Source of the DNA: Obrimoposthia wandeli
Taxonomy: Eukaryota
DNA: 64,000 bases
Direction: 5' to 3'
Assembly (NCBI GenBank): GCA_977020255.1
Contig: CDROCS010002751.1
Location: 124,001 to 188,000 of the forward strand
Shown here piece after piece: positions 50,855 to 60,050 of this stretch (position 1 is its first letter; each line of letters starts with the position of its first letter). Below the pieces are notes generated by a model, which did no database searches, was not told the origin of the DNA, and was given only the letters and a program-made list of their open reading frames with translations. Both the position numbers and the translations under genes were made by a program.

Positions 50855-53200
50855 ATGAACGAATCAGAAACAAGAGCCGAAATAATAGACCCGAAGCTTT
50901 TAGAAGCTGGATGGGGAGTGGTGAAAAATAGTAGAGCAAGAAGAGAATTTATCACTCAAGGTAGGCTTCTTGGAAATGGTAGACGTGCTCCATCTTTGAG
51001 TGCTGATTATGTACTAGTATATAAAAATAGATATTTAGCAGTAATCGAAGCAAAAAAAAGAGACTTGAATTATAGTGATGGAGTATCACAAGCAAAAGAC
51101 TATGCTACTCGATTAAACGTAAGATATACATACTCTACAAATGGTGTACAAATCTATGGTATAGATATGGAAGAAGGGATAGAAGGAGATGTAGAAAAGT
51201 TCCCAACTCCTGATGAACTATGGGATATGACTTTTCCTAAAGAACAAACTCTTATGGATAAGTTTTTTGACATACCTTATGAAGATAAAGGTGGTACATG
51301 GCAGCCACGATACTACCAAAACAATGCCATCACAAAAACGCTACAAGCTATAAGCGATGATAAAAAAAGAATACTTCTCACACTTGCAACAGGTACGGGA
51401 AAAACAGCAATAGCATTTCAAATAGCATGGAAACTTTTTCATACAAAATGGAATATCCAAAAAGACTTTTCAAGAAGCCCTAGAATACTTTTTCTAGCAG
51501 ATCGAAATATACTTGCCGACCAAGCTTTTAGCTCATTTAGTTCATTTGATGATGATGCTTTAGTTCGTATAGACCCACAAGAGATACGAAAAAAGAAAAA
51601 AGTTCCTAAAAATGGAAATATCTTTTTTACTATTTTTCAAACTTTTATGAGTGGAGCAAATGAAACACCAAATTTTGGTGAGTATCCAAATGATTACTTT
51701 GATTTTATTATCATCGATGAGTGTCATCGAGGTGGTGCAAATGATGAAAGTTCATGGAGAACTATTTTAGAGTATTTCTCACCAGCTACGCAACTGGGAC
51801 TAACAGCAACTCCAAAACGAGATGTAAATGGAGATACTTATGATTATTTTGGAAAACCAGTATATGAATACTCCCTAAAAGAGGGGATAAATGATGGATT
51901 TCTGACACCTTTTAAAGTAAAAGATATCTCAACTACTGGAGACAATTATATTTATACTTCAGATGATACAATCATTGAGGGTGAAATAGAAGAGGGTAGA
52001 GAGTATACAAAAGAGAATCAAAATAAAATCATTGAGATTATGGGTATAGAAAAGTATCGTGTACAAATCTTTATGGAAATGATGACTCAAAATCAAAAAA
52101 CTTTAGTATTTTGTGAGTCACAAGCACATGCACTAGGTATACGAAATCTTATCAATCAAGAATCAAAAAGTAAAAATACTGACTATTGTTGTAGAGTAAC
52201 AGCAGATGAAGGAAGCAGAGGGGATCAATACTTACGAGACTTTCAAGACAATGAAAAAATCATCCCTACTGTTCTTACAACATCCAGAAAACTAAGCACA
52301 GGTGTAGATGCCCCAGAAATCAGAAACATTGTACTTTTTAGAGAGATAAAATCAATGGTAGAATTTAAACAAATCATAGGTCGAGGAACAAGACTTTTTG
52401 ATGGGAAAGATTATTTTACTATCTATGACTTTTATGATGCGTATAAACATTTTAGTGATGAAGAATGGGATGGTGACCCTATGGAACTAGAACCAATCGA
52501 ACCAAAACCTAATTGTAAAATATGCGATCAAAAACCTTGTATTTGTGAAAAAAAAGAACCCAAAGTTTGTGAAGACTGTAACAATACTCCTTGTGTATGC
52601 GACAAGCCTAAAAAGAAGATGATAAGAATTAAATTAGCCGAGGGGAAATATAGAGATTTGGACTCTATGGTAAGAACACTATTTTACAGACCAGATGGTA
52701 GCCCTATGTCAGCAGAACAATTTATAAAAGAGTTGTTTACGGATATACCAAAATTCTTTTCAGGTGAAAAGGAACTACGAAGAATTTGGAGTTTAACTGA
52801 TACTAGAAAAAGACTACTTGAAGAGTTAGAAGAAGCTGGATATAGCATGGTTCAACTTGATGATTTAAAAGCTGTGATAAATGGCGAAGATAGTGACCTT
52901 TTTGATGTCTTGTCTTATATCGCTTATCATAAAGAACTCGTGCCTAGACTACAACGTGCTACAAAAGCAAAACTAAAAATAGTAAATTATGATAAAGAAA
53001 AACAGGAATTTTTAGATTTTGTACTAGAACAATATGTTGATAATGGAGTTGCTGAACTTAATGATGCTCGGTTAAAAGATTTGTTACTCGTAAAATATGA
53101 TGCACTTGAAGATGCTAAAAATAAAATAGGAAGTATCGGAACGATACGAGATACTTTTATAGGATTTCAAAAGTATTTGTATGAAGAGGAAGTATTTTAA
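50855..53200 (+). CDS. hsdR: Type I restriction endonuclease subunit R (EcoEI-like)
   Basis: ADYVL..AVIEAKK nuclease motif, ATGTGKT, DECHRG, LTATP, QIIGRGTR; EcoEI-type C-terminus. Confidence 0.95.
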   Translation: MNESETRAEIIDPKLLEAGWGVVKNSRARREFITQGRLLGNGRRAPSLSADYVLVYKNRYLAVIEAKKRDLNYSDGVSQAKDYATRLNVRYTYSTNGVQIYGIDMEEGIEGDVEKFPTPDELWDMTFPKEQTLMDKFFDIPYEDKGGTWQPRYYQNNAITKTLQAISDDKKRILLTLATGTGKTAIAFQIAWKLFHTKWNIQKDFSRSPRILFLADRNILADQAFSSFSSFDDDALVRIDPQEIRKKKKVPKNGNIFFTIFQTFMSGANETPNFGEYPNDYFDFIIIDECHRGGANDESSWRTILEYFSPATQLGLTATPKRDVNGDTYDYFGKPVYEYSLKEGINDGFLTPFKVKDISTTGDNYIYTSDDTIIEGEIEEGREYTKENQNKIIEIMGIEKYRVQIFMEMMTQNQKTLVFCESQAHALGIRNLINQESKSKNTDYCCRVTADEGSRGDQYLRDFQDNEKIIPTVLTTSRKLSTGVDAPEIRNIVLFREIKSMVEFKQIIGRGTRLFDGKDYFTIYDFYDAYKHFSDEEWDGDPMELEPIEPKPNCKICDQKPCICEKKEPKVCEDCNNTPCVCDKPKKKMIRIKLAEGKYRDLDSMVRTLFYRPDGSPMSAEQFIKELFTDIPKFFSGEKELRRIWSLTDTRKRLLEELEEAGYSMVQLDDLKAVINGEDSDLFDVLSYIAYHKELVPRLQRATKAKLKIVNYDKEKQEFLDFVLEQYVDNGVAELNDARLKDLLLVKYDALEDAKNKIGSIGTIRDTFIGFQKYLYEEEVF

Positions 53201-53306
53201 TATAAGTAATAAATCATTACATAATGACATATAATTTAATGTCTAGATGTAAATAAGCTAAACTATAACTAACATACATATAAAAGCCAAAGGAGATCAA
53301 AAATAA

Positions 53307-54290
53307 ATGGAAAATCAAAATATCTTGATCTATCAAAATGAATCAGGAAATATTAAAGTAGATGTAAAATTTGAAGATGAATCTATTTGGCTCACACAAG
53401 CTCAAATATGTGAACTATTTGGCAAAGCAAAATCAACGATAAGTGAACATATCAAAGCTATATTTGAAGAGGAAGAGTTAGATAAAAATTCAGTTGTTCG
53501 GAATTACCGAACAACTGCGAGTGATGATAAAAACTATGATGTGTTACATTACAACCTTGATATGATAATTGCTTTGGGTTTTAGAGTTCGTTCATCTACT
53601 GGTACAAAGTTTCGTATCTGGGCAAAGGATAAACTCAAAGAGTATATGACAAAAGGTTTTGTACTTGATGACGATAAGTTTAAAAATGGCAAGCAAATGG
53701 ATTATTTTGATGAGCTTCAAAAAAGACTTCGGGATATTCGTATCTCTGAGAGATTTTTTTATCAAAAGATTAAAGATATTTATATGACAAGTATTGATTA
53801 TGACCCAAAAGATGAAAAAACAACAGAGTTTTTTAAAATAGTACAAAACAAACTCTTATGGGCAATATCATCAAAAACAGCTGCCGAGCTTGTACATGGT
53901 AGAGTAGATATAAATAAACCTCTTTTAGGCATGTTATCATTTGATAAAGAAAATAAAAATATCACTAAAAAAGATGTGAGTATTGCAAAAAACTATTTAA
54001 ATGAAGAAGAGATAAAACTATTGGGTCTTTTAGTAGAACAATACTTAGCTTTTGCAGAAACAATGGCATCCATGCAAACACCTATGTATATGAAAGACTG
54101 GATTAGTAGACTTGATACAATACTTTCTATGAATGGAAGAGATCTGTTACATAATGCTGGAAAAATCAGTCACCAAATGGCAAAAGAAAAAAGTGAAATA
54201 GAATACCAAAAATTTAAAGATGAAAAAAAAGAACAACAAAAATATCAAAATCTAAAAGAATTAGAAGATGATATCAAGCGTTTAAAATAA
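53307..54290 (+). CDS. rhuM: RhuM family protein
   Basis: IWLTQAQICELF, YNLDMIIALGFRVRS..GTKFRIWA, GFVLDD..K, RDIRISERFFYQKIKDIY. Confidence 0.88.
   Translation: MENQNILIYQNESGNIKVDVKFEDESIWLTQAQICELFGKAKSTISEHIKAIFEEEELDKNSVVRNYRTTASDDKNYDVLHYNLDMIIALGFRVRSSTGTKFRIWAKDKLKEYMTKGFVLDDDKFKNGKQMDYFDELQKRLRDIRISERFFYQKIKDIYMTSIDYDPKDEKTTEFFKIVQNKLLWAISSKTAAELVHGRVDINKPLLGMLSFDKENKNITKKDVSIAKNYLNEEEIKLLGLLVEQYLAFAETMASMQTPMYMKDWISRLDTILSMNGRDLLHNAGKISHQMAKEKSEIEYQKFKDEKKEQQKYQNLKELEDDIKRLK
53491..53517. repeat. Intragenic inverted repeat in rhuM
   Basis: CAGTTGTTCGG-AATTA-CCGAACAACTG: perfect 11-bp arms, encoding SVVRNYRTTA. Confidence 0.88.
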
Positions 54291-54326
54291 AGTTTAAAAT
54301 CATTATAGACAAGATACTTTTTGGTG

Positions 54327-54357
54327 CTTAAAATAGCCTAAGTAGGGCTATTTTAAG
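54327..54357. terminator. Hairpin between convergent rhuM and rnhA
   Basis: CTTAAAATAGCC-TAAGTAG-GGCTATTTTAAG. Confidence 0.7.
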
Positions 54358-54362
54358 TTACA

Positions 54363-55172
54363 TTATAAAACAGAATCTATACTTACATAAGAATATTCTT
54401 CAAACGTATCATTCTGAGCCTTAACAGCATGAAGTGCCATACGATCGGCTAATTCATTTCCTTCTATTCCTGCATGACCTTTTACGTGTTTGATGATAAT
54501 TTTGTTTTTTATTTGTTCGTAAAGATTATGTGCATTTTTAATCAGTTCTAGATTTTTTATCTCACCAGATTTTTTTGTCCAGCCTTTTGATTTCCATCCA
54601 TATGCCCAAGTAGAGATACAGTCAATACTGTATTTTGAATCTGAAAGAATCATCACTTTTTCATTTGTGTTAATTTCATCTGCTAACTTTAATGCTTCAT
54701 AAAGAGCGTTTAATTCTGCTATGTTATTTGTACCATTTTTTACGTAATTTCCATAATATAAAACTGGCTTTTCATTGTTTTTATATAGAGCTAAACCACT
54801 CCCAGCTTTGCCAGGGTTTCCTGAGCACGCACCATCACAATAGATACTGATGTTTATATTTTGTTGGTCGTCTGTGTTTAGTGTAACTGGTTTTGATATT
54901 GTTGCTTGTGGTGTTTCTGTTTCTTTTATTTTATTCTTTTTAAACTCAATGATTTCCATGTAGTTTTTATGAATTTGTTCTTGTGATTTAACTGCAACGA
55001 TACCTTTTAGTAGTATCAGTTTATTTACATCATGTTCAGAAATCTCTTTACCCAGTACTAATTCTTTCCAGTTTTCATCACAAGGAAAAGTGATATTTAA
55101 AACTTTACATTGTATTTTATTTAAAGTATCACTAAAAGAGATAAGCTCGATAAAGTCGTTATTTATAATCAT
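54363..55172 (-). CDS. rnhA: Ribonuclease HI with an N-terminal extra domain
   Basis: YCDGACSGNPG, TNNIAEL, SDSKY, HVKGHAG..GNELAD; about 105 aa unassigned N-terminus. Confidence 0.88.
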   Translation of the reverse strand: MIINNDFIELISFSDTLNKIQCKVLNITFPCDENWKELVLGKEISEHDVNKLILLKGIVAVKSQEQIHKNYMEIIEFKKNKIKETETPQATISKPVTLNTDDQQNINISIYCDGACSGNPGKAGSGLALYKNNEKPVLYYGNYVKNGTNNIAELNALYEALKLADEINTNEKVMILSDSKYSIDCISTWAYGWKSKGWTKKSGEIKNLELIKNAHNLYEQIKNKIIIKHVKGHAGIEGNELADRMALHAVKAQNDTFEEYSYVSIDSVL

Positions 55173-55175
55173 ATC

Positions 55176-55424
55176 CTAATCCTTTCTGTGTCTTTTACCA
55201 TTGAATGTTACTACATACGAAAGTCTGATTTTTTCATTTGTATCTAGAACTAAAAACTCAAAACCACCTATTACTTCCATAGTTTTAACTAAGGCTTTTA
55301 CTGTTTGCAGTTCTTGTGTTTTTTCTTGTTCTTCATTTTGATAATAAGTAATAGTTGATGGAATTTTTCTTTGCATAGCAACTGTAAGTTGATCGAAGAA
55401 TTCAGATGAGATAGGATTGTACAT
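55176..55424 (-). CDS. Rof/YaeO-like (Rho-binding antiterminator-like) small protein
   Basis: YNPISSEFFDQL and EFLVL...IRLS.V.TF resemble Rof YQPINCDDYDNL and EYLVV...LRLDKI.SF (recalled alignment, not computed). Confidence 0.55.
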   Translation of the reverse strand: MYNPISSEFFDQLTVAMQRKIPSTITYYQNEEQEKTQELQTVKALVKTMEVIGGFEFLVLDTNEKIRLSYVVTFNGKRHRKD

Positions 55425-55467
55425 AAGTACCTTTCTTGAAATTTAAATTTGTATTATTTATTTGTTA

Positions 55468-55926
55468 TTAAGCGTATGGATTATATTCTGGTCCAGTAGT
55501 TACTATCATATAGTTTTTATACATATAATAACAAGTACCGATAAAATATATCAACCATCCAATGATAGGAATAATCACAAGTACTGTGATAATAAAATGG
55601 ATGATAGTAGGAAGTATGACATTACCTAATGGTTCTTTGGCTATAAATAATCTTGATATAAAAGTACCAATAAATCCAAAAAAGAAAGTAATTCCAATTG
55701 CAATAAGTCCTAATAATGTATAAGTATTTTCAGCTATTTGATCTTTAACAACATAGATCTCTTTAGCATTATTTTCATCAGTAGATTCAAAATCGACTTT
55801 CATCTCTTTTTGTGGCAAGTTATTTTCTTTCCAGTCTTCTTTTGAAAATTTGTATCTTGCTCCATTATCTGCTGATATAACACCTGTATTACTAGATGTA
55901 TCATATCCTAAAATTCTTCCTATCAT
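55468..55926 (-). CDS. Membrane protein with an N-terminal cold-shock-like OB domain
   Basis: GRILGYD....GVIS.DNG.RY.F....W.....P....KVDFE followed by TM helices. Confidence 0.65.
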   Translation of the reverse strand: MIGRILGYDTSSNTGVISADNGARYKFSKEDWKENNLPQKEMKVDFESTDENNAKEIYVVKDQIAENTYTLLGLIAIGITFFFGFIGTFISRLFIAKEPLGNVILPTIIHFIITVLVIIPIIGWLIYFIGTCYYMYKNYMIVTTGPEYNPYA

Positions 55927-55933
55927 ATTTTAA

Positions 55934-56638
55934 TTACCTTGCGTAAAAAGTATTGTTGATATCTATAGTGATACCATTTATATACTCAGGACAATCAGTA
56001 GCAAGCCACATGATAGCTTTAGCTACTTCTGCAGGTTCAGCGAATCTATTTGTTACAACAGCAGATTTAAATGCTTTTTTTCTTGACTCTTCATTATCTT
56101 TTTGCATATCAGTTTCAGCGGCACTTGGTGCTACACAGTTTACAACGATACCATCAGCACCCAGAAGTTTTGCATAGATTTTTGTAGCATTGATAAGTCC
56201 AGCTTTTGCTATTCCGTACCAAACATCTGGATGTCCTATTTGACCTGCAATCGATGCTGTATTTACAATTCGCCCGAACTTTTTCTTTTTCATACTTACA
56301 CTAAAAGCATTCATCAGTTCTACTGGAGTATATAAGTCTACATTCATCAGTTTTGTTTTTGCTTCTACTGGATAATTGTCATATGTATATTTTGGTTGCA
56401 TATATCCAGCATTGTTAATTAGGATATCTATATCTCCCACTTCTTTAACAAAAGCTGGTAACGCTTCTAAATCTGATAAATCTATTGTAATAGTTGTTAT
56501 GTTTTTATTATCTTGAAAAGGAAAGTTTGCAAAATCTCTACCTGCAACTATGATCTCATAGTCTAAAGCCAGCATCATTTTTGTAACTTCTAGTCCGATA
56601 CCTTTATTTCCACCTGTTATTAAAACTCTTTGTTTCAT
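55934..56638 (-). CDS. Short-chain dehydrogenase/reductase
   Basis: TGGNKGIG, NNAG, YGIAK (YxxxK). Confidence 0.92.
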   Translation of the reverse strand: MKQRVLITGGNKGIGLEVTKMMLALDYEIIVAGRDFANFPFQDNKNITTITIDLSDLEALPAFVKEVGDIDILINNAGYMQPKYTYDNYPVEAKTKLMNVDLYTPVELMNAFSVSMKKKKFGRIVNTASIAGQIGHPDVWYGIAKAGLINATKIYAKLLGADGIVVNCVAPSAAETDMQKDNEESRKKAFKSAVVTNRFAEPAEVAKAIMWLATDCPEYINGITIDINNTFYAR

Positions 56639-56713
56639 TTTTTACCTTTGTTTCATTATTTTTATTTGTTTGATTTTTTGATGAATTACGCTGAATATAC
56701 TTCGAAATTAAAT

Positions 56714-57469
56714 TTACGAAAATAGTTCTAGTGTATCATTTTCATGTATTACAACTCTATTTCGACCATTATCTTTAGCAATATAAAGTGCATTATCGGC
56801 GATTGTAAAAAAAGCATCTTCATCTATACCTGTAGTTTCAAAATCTACAACTAAAAGACCTATTGAAACTGTTACATGATCTGAAATGTCAGAATTGGAG
56901 TGTTGAATATTGAGTGCTTCTATATCTGCTCTAATTTGATCTGCAAATGCAAAGGCAGATGCTTCATCTTTTGATGAAAAAATTGCCCCAAATTCTTCTC
57001 CACCTAATCGAAATGCAAAGTCACCACCTCTATGAAGTGATCTGTTCAGAGTATTTGCAACACTAATAAGTGCTTCATCACCGGCTTTATGTCCATATGA
57101 ATCATTATACTTTTTAAAATAATCTACATCTAGAATTATAAAACACAAAGTGGATTTATTTCGAGTAGCACGACTAATCTCTTGTGTTAATATATGGTTG
57201 AAGTGTCTTCTATTGTATAGTTGAGTTAATGCGTCTGTAATTGATAGTTGTTCATAAATCTTTTTTTGAGAGATATCGTACCTTACGAGTACTTCTCCTG
57301 TTTTTTTATTATTTTGATCCACAATAGGCATTAATTTATTTTGATACCAAAATTCTTGTCCATCATCATCTATAATACAAATTTCACCTTCTAAAGATTT
57401 TGGATTTTTGGCAGTTGATTTAACTTGTTTAACAAATTCATTTGGAAAGTTTTGATTACCATTAGTCAT
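56714..57469 (-). CDS. Diguanylate cyclase with a partial PAS/PAC N-terminus
   Basis: DALTQLYNRR, DVDYFKKYND.YGH..GD, RLGGEEF. Confidence 0.9.
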   Translation of the reverse strand: MTNGNQNFPNEFVKQVKSTAKNPKSLEGEICIIDDDGQEFWYQNKLMPIVDQNNKKTGEVLVRYDISQKKIYEQLSITDALTQLYNRRHFNHILTQEISRATRNKSTLCFIILDVDYFKKYNDSYGHKAGDEALISVANTLNRSLHRGGDFAFRLGGEEFGAIFSSKDEASAFAFADQIRADIEALNIQHSNSDISDHVTVSIGLLVVDFETTGIDEDAFFTIADNALYIAKDNGRNRVVIHENDTLELFS

Positions 57470-57519
57470 TGTTAAATCATACCTTTTATAAATTTTTTTA
57501 TATCTTATCTATTTTTACT

Positions 57520-58176
57520 TTATTTTACAAGTTTATTTAAGATTTCTTCTTGCTCTTTACTCGAATAATTAAATTTAAACTCAATTTCTTTAAGATAATA
57601 AAAAAAGTTCTCTTTCTTTATCCCTTTGTATTTTACAATTGATTCTTCAAAAAATATCCAAAAACTAGCAATGATATTTTCTTTTTTTTGTATTTTAGAT
57701 ATTTTATTCATCATCATAAATTTTGAGAACTCTTTAAAATAACTATTCTCTACCCCATCATCTAAAAACTGATTTTTATATCTATGTAGATTTGGCATGA
57801 GCAAGTTGTATACTTTATCTTCATAGTTAAATGTCATGAAATTTATCGCATCAAATATATTTTCTTTGATTTTCTTTTTGCTTTGTTCTAGATAGATATA
57901 CTCATCATATTCTATGACTTGTTTATTGTGATACTGTTCTTCTGCATAAGAAGCAATGAGTTGTCTGTATGTGTCATATTTCTTTTTTACTGTTACATAG
58001 TTTAGATTATGATTTTTTACACAGTGGTTTACTGTAGTATTTTCACAAAATAAACAGATGATTTTTTTTTCAAATAAAATCTTTTTTTCACTAAATTTGT
58101 GTAAACATTTTGCACACTTTTTTTGTGTCGTTCGTAAAGTATATATGATATTATGGTTGCAATTTGGACAATTCAT
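57520..58176 (-). CDS. IS1595/IS1016-family transposase-derived protein, catalytically degenerate
   Basis: Zn ribbon CPNC...CAKC, HTH region, IEYDEY (first D), C-terminal FW......KYKGI...F..YLKE.EFKFN; the conserved GIE(N/S)FW is IIASFW; no terminal inverted repeats seen; start taken at MNCPNC. Confidence 0.75.
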   Translation of the reverse strand: MNCPNCNHNIIYTLRTTQKKCAKCLHKFSEKKILFEKKIICLFCENTTVNHCVKNHNLNYVTVKKKYDTYRQLIASYAEEQYHNKQVIEYDEYIYLEQSKKKIKENIFDAINFMTFNYEDKVYNLLMPNLHRYKNQFLDDGVENSYFKEFSKFMMMNKISKIQKKENIIASFWIFFEESIVKYKGIKKENFFYYLKEIEFKFNYSSKEQEEILNKLVK

Positions 58177-58258
58177 ATAAAAGTTTAGCATATTTAGTGC
58201 CAAAACTATATAAGAAGTGATTCTCTTTAGCTTATTTTTATGTTAGATATATACACTT

Positions 58259-58274
58259 ATGAATACCTATTCAC
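58259..58274. promoter_or_regulatory. Palindromic operator upstream of the Ni transporter-hyp operon
   Basis: ATGAATACCTATTCAC; matches ATGAATGACTATTCAT at 15803-15818 in 13 of 16 positions. Confidence 0.6.
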
Positions 58275-58289
58275 TTTAAAGAGGAAATT

Positions 58290-58931
58290 ATGGAACAACT
58301 AGGACTTTTACTTATTTTTTGGTACGGAATATTACACGCATTTGGACCAGATCACTTAACAGCAATTGCAGATTTTTCAATAGGAAAAAATAAAAGAAAA
58401 ACTATGATGATTACTGTTTTATTTGCTCTTGGTCATGGACTAACACTTTTTATATTTGCTTTATTGTTAGAAAAATACAATATAAGTGAAACTACTTTAG
58501 GATATGGGGATGTGATATCTTCAGTTGTTATTTTAGGGATGGGAATATATCTTTTATATATGGTATTCACAGATAAAATTCAACTAAAAAAACATATCCA
58601 TGATGGAAAAGAACATATTCATATTTGGTTTGGAGCTGAACATGAACACTCAAACAATGATACAAAATCAGCATTTACAATAGGTGCGTTGATGGGAATC
58701 GGAGGAGTACGAGGTATGCTTGTGACTCTTGGATTCTTAGAAGGTCAAAGTGTAGATTTGACTATGGTATTGGCTTTTGCACTTGGTGTGATGCTCATAT
58801 TTGTAGGATTTGGAACAGTGATTTTGTATATAAATAAAAATTTATTGCATAGTAAACAAAATTTAAAAAGAGTATTTGCAAGTGCTGGAGTAGTATCTTT
58901 AGTAGTTGGTTCAAATATGTTACTCGGATAA
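58290..58931 (+). CDS. Nickel/cobalt transporter (UreH/NiCoT-related)
   Basis: GILHAFGPDH and FALGH motifs, His-rich loop HIHDGKEHIH; first gene of the hyp operon. Confidence 0.8.
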   Translation: MEQLGLLLIFWYGILHAFGPDHLTAIADFSIGKNKRKTMMITVLFALGHGLTLFIFALLLEKYNISETTLGYGDVISSVVILGMGIYLLYMVFTDKIQLKKHIHDGKEHIHIWFGAEHEHSNNDTKSAFTIGALMGIGGVRGMLVTLGFLEGQSVDLTMVLAFALGVMLIFVGFGTVILYINKNLLHSKQNLKRVFASAGVVSLVVGSNMLLG

Positions 58932-58971
58932 CATCAATATAAATAAAAATATATAAAATAAAGGAAATAAT

Positions 58972-59760
58972 ATGTGTAAAGATTGCGGATGTAGTATAAC
59001 AGATAGAGGTGAGTCTGCTTCTCATAGTCATGACCATGAACACTCTCATGGAACAAGTGGTGAACATCAAGGTGCACACCAACATCTTCATGATAATCCA
59101 CAACTAAATGATAAAAAAACAATAGATATTATCACTAAAATTTTGGATAAAAATGACCATGAAGCAGGTCATAATAGAGAACATTTTAATAAAAACAATG
59201 TTTTATCTATAAATCTTATGTCTAGTCCAGGAAGTGGAAAAACTACACTATTAGAACATTTATCTGACGTTGCTGATTTTAAATTTTGTGTTATTGAGGG
59301 TGATTTAGAAACTTCACGAGATGCAGATAGATTAAAAGCAAAAGGGATAGATGCTCACCAAATCCAAACAGGATCTGCATGTCATCTTGATGCGTTTATG
59401 GTTCATAAAGCTTTACATCATATGGATTTAGAAAAAATGGATGTTTGTTTTGTAGAAAATGTAGGAAACTTAGTATGTCCAGCATCGTATGATGTAGGAA
59501 GTCATTTAAATATTGTTTTAGTAAGTATCCCTGAAGGTGAAGATAAAATCATCAAATATCCAGTGATGTTTAGAAGTGCAGATTTGATACTTTTCACAAA
59601 AACAGATTTACTTCCTTATTTTGAATATGACATAGAAACTGAGAAAAAAGCAGCTAGAAAACTCAAACCAAATGTAGATATTTTAGAAGTGAGTACCAAA
59701 GATGCTGAGTCATTAAAAAAAGTGGCTAACTGGATTAAGTTCAAGATGGGATTAAGATAA
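58972..59760 (+). CDS. hypB: Hydrogenase nickel incorporation GTPase HypB
   Basis: N-terminal CKDCGC, His-rich tract, SSPGSGKTT, CHLDA, ENVGNLVCP, TKTD. Confidence 0.96.
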   Translation: MCKDCGCSITDRGESASHSHDHEHSHGTSGEHQGAHQHLHDNPQLNDKKTIDIITKILDKNDHEAGHNREHFNKNNVLSINLMSSPGSGKTTLLEHLSDVADFKFCVIEGDLETSRDADRLKAKGIDAHQIQTGSACHLDAFMVHKALHHMDLEKMDVCFVENVGNLVCPASYDVGSHLNIVLVSIPEGEDKIIKYPVMFRSADLILFTKTDLLPYFEYDIETEKKAARKLKPNVDILEVSTKDAESLKKVANWIKFKMGLR

Positions 59761-60050
59761 TGTGTTTATCAATTCCTTCTAAAGTAACAAAAATAGATAC
59801 CCAAACAAATATGGCTACAGTTGATACCATGGGAGTGTCTCGTGATGCTGCTTTAGATTTGATGGAAGAGGGTGATGTAAAAATAGGGGATTATGTTTTA
59901 CTTCATATTGGATTTGTTATGAATAAAATTGATGAAGAGGATGCTATGGCTTCTTTGGAAACGTATAAAGAAATTATTGAAATAATGGACTCAGAAGATA
60001 GGGAAAAAGCAATACTTGAGGAGAACGAATCTCCTAATCGAACTGTATAA
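59760..60050 (+). CDS. hypC: Hydrogenase assembly chaperone HypC
   Basis: MCLSIP, GDYVLLHIGF. Confidence 0.96.
   Translation: MCLSIPSKVTKIDTQTNMATVDTMGVSRDAALDLMEEGDVKIGDYVLLHIGFVMNKIDEEDAMASLETYKEIIEIMDSEDREKAILEENESPNRTV

Noticed and set aside
57469-57487. ATG-ATT-TAA mini-ORF upstream of the diguanylate cyclase suggesting a frameshift or uORF
   Set aside because: That ATG is only 1 nt from the SD; the downstream ATG at 57469 is usable, so no evidence of a lesion
57520-58203. Active IS1595 insertion sequence
   Set aside because: DDE triad incomplete and no terminal inverted repeats; reported as a degenerate CDS instead
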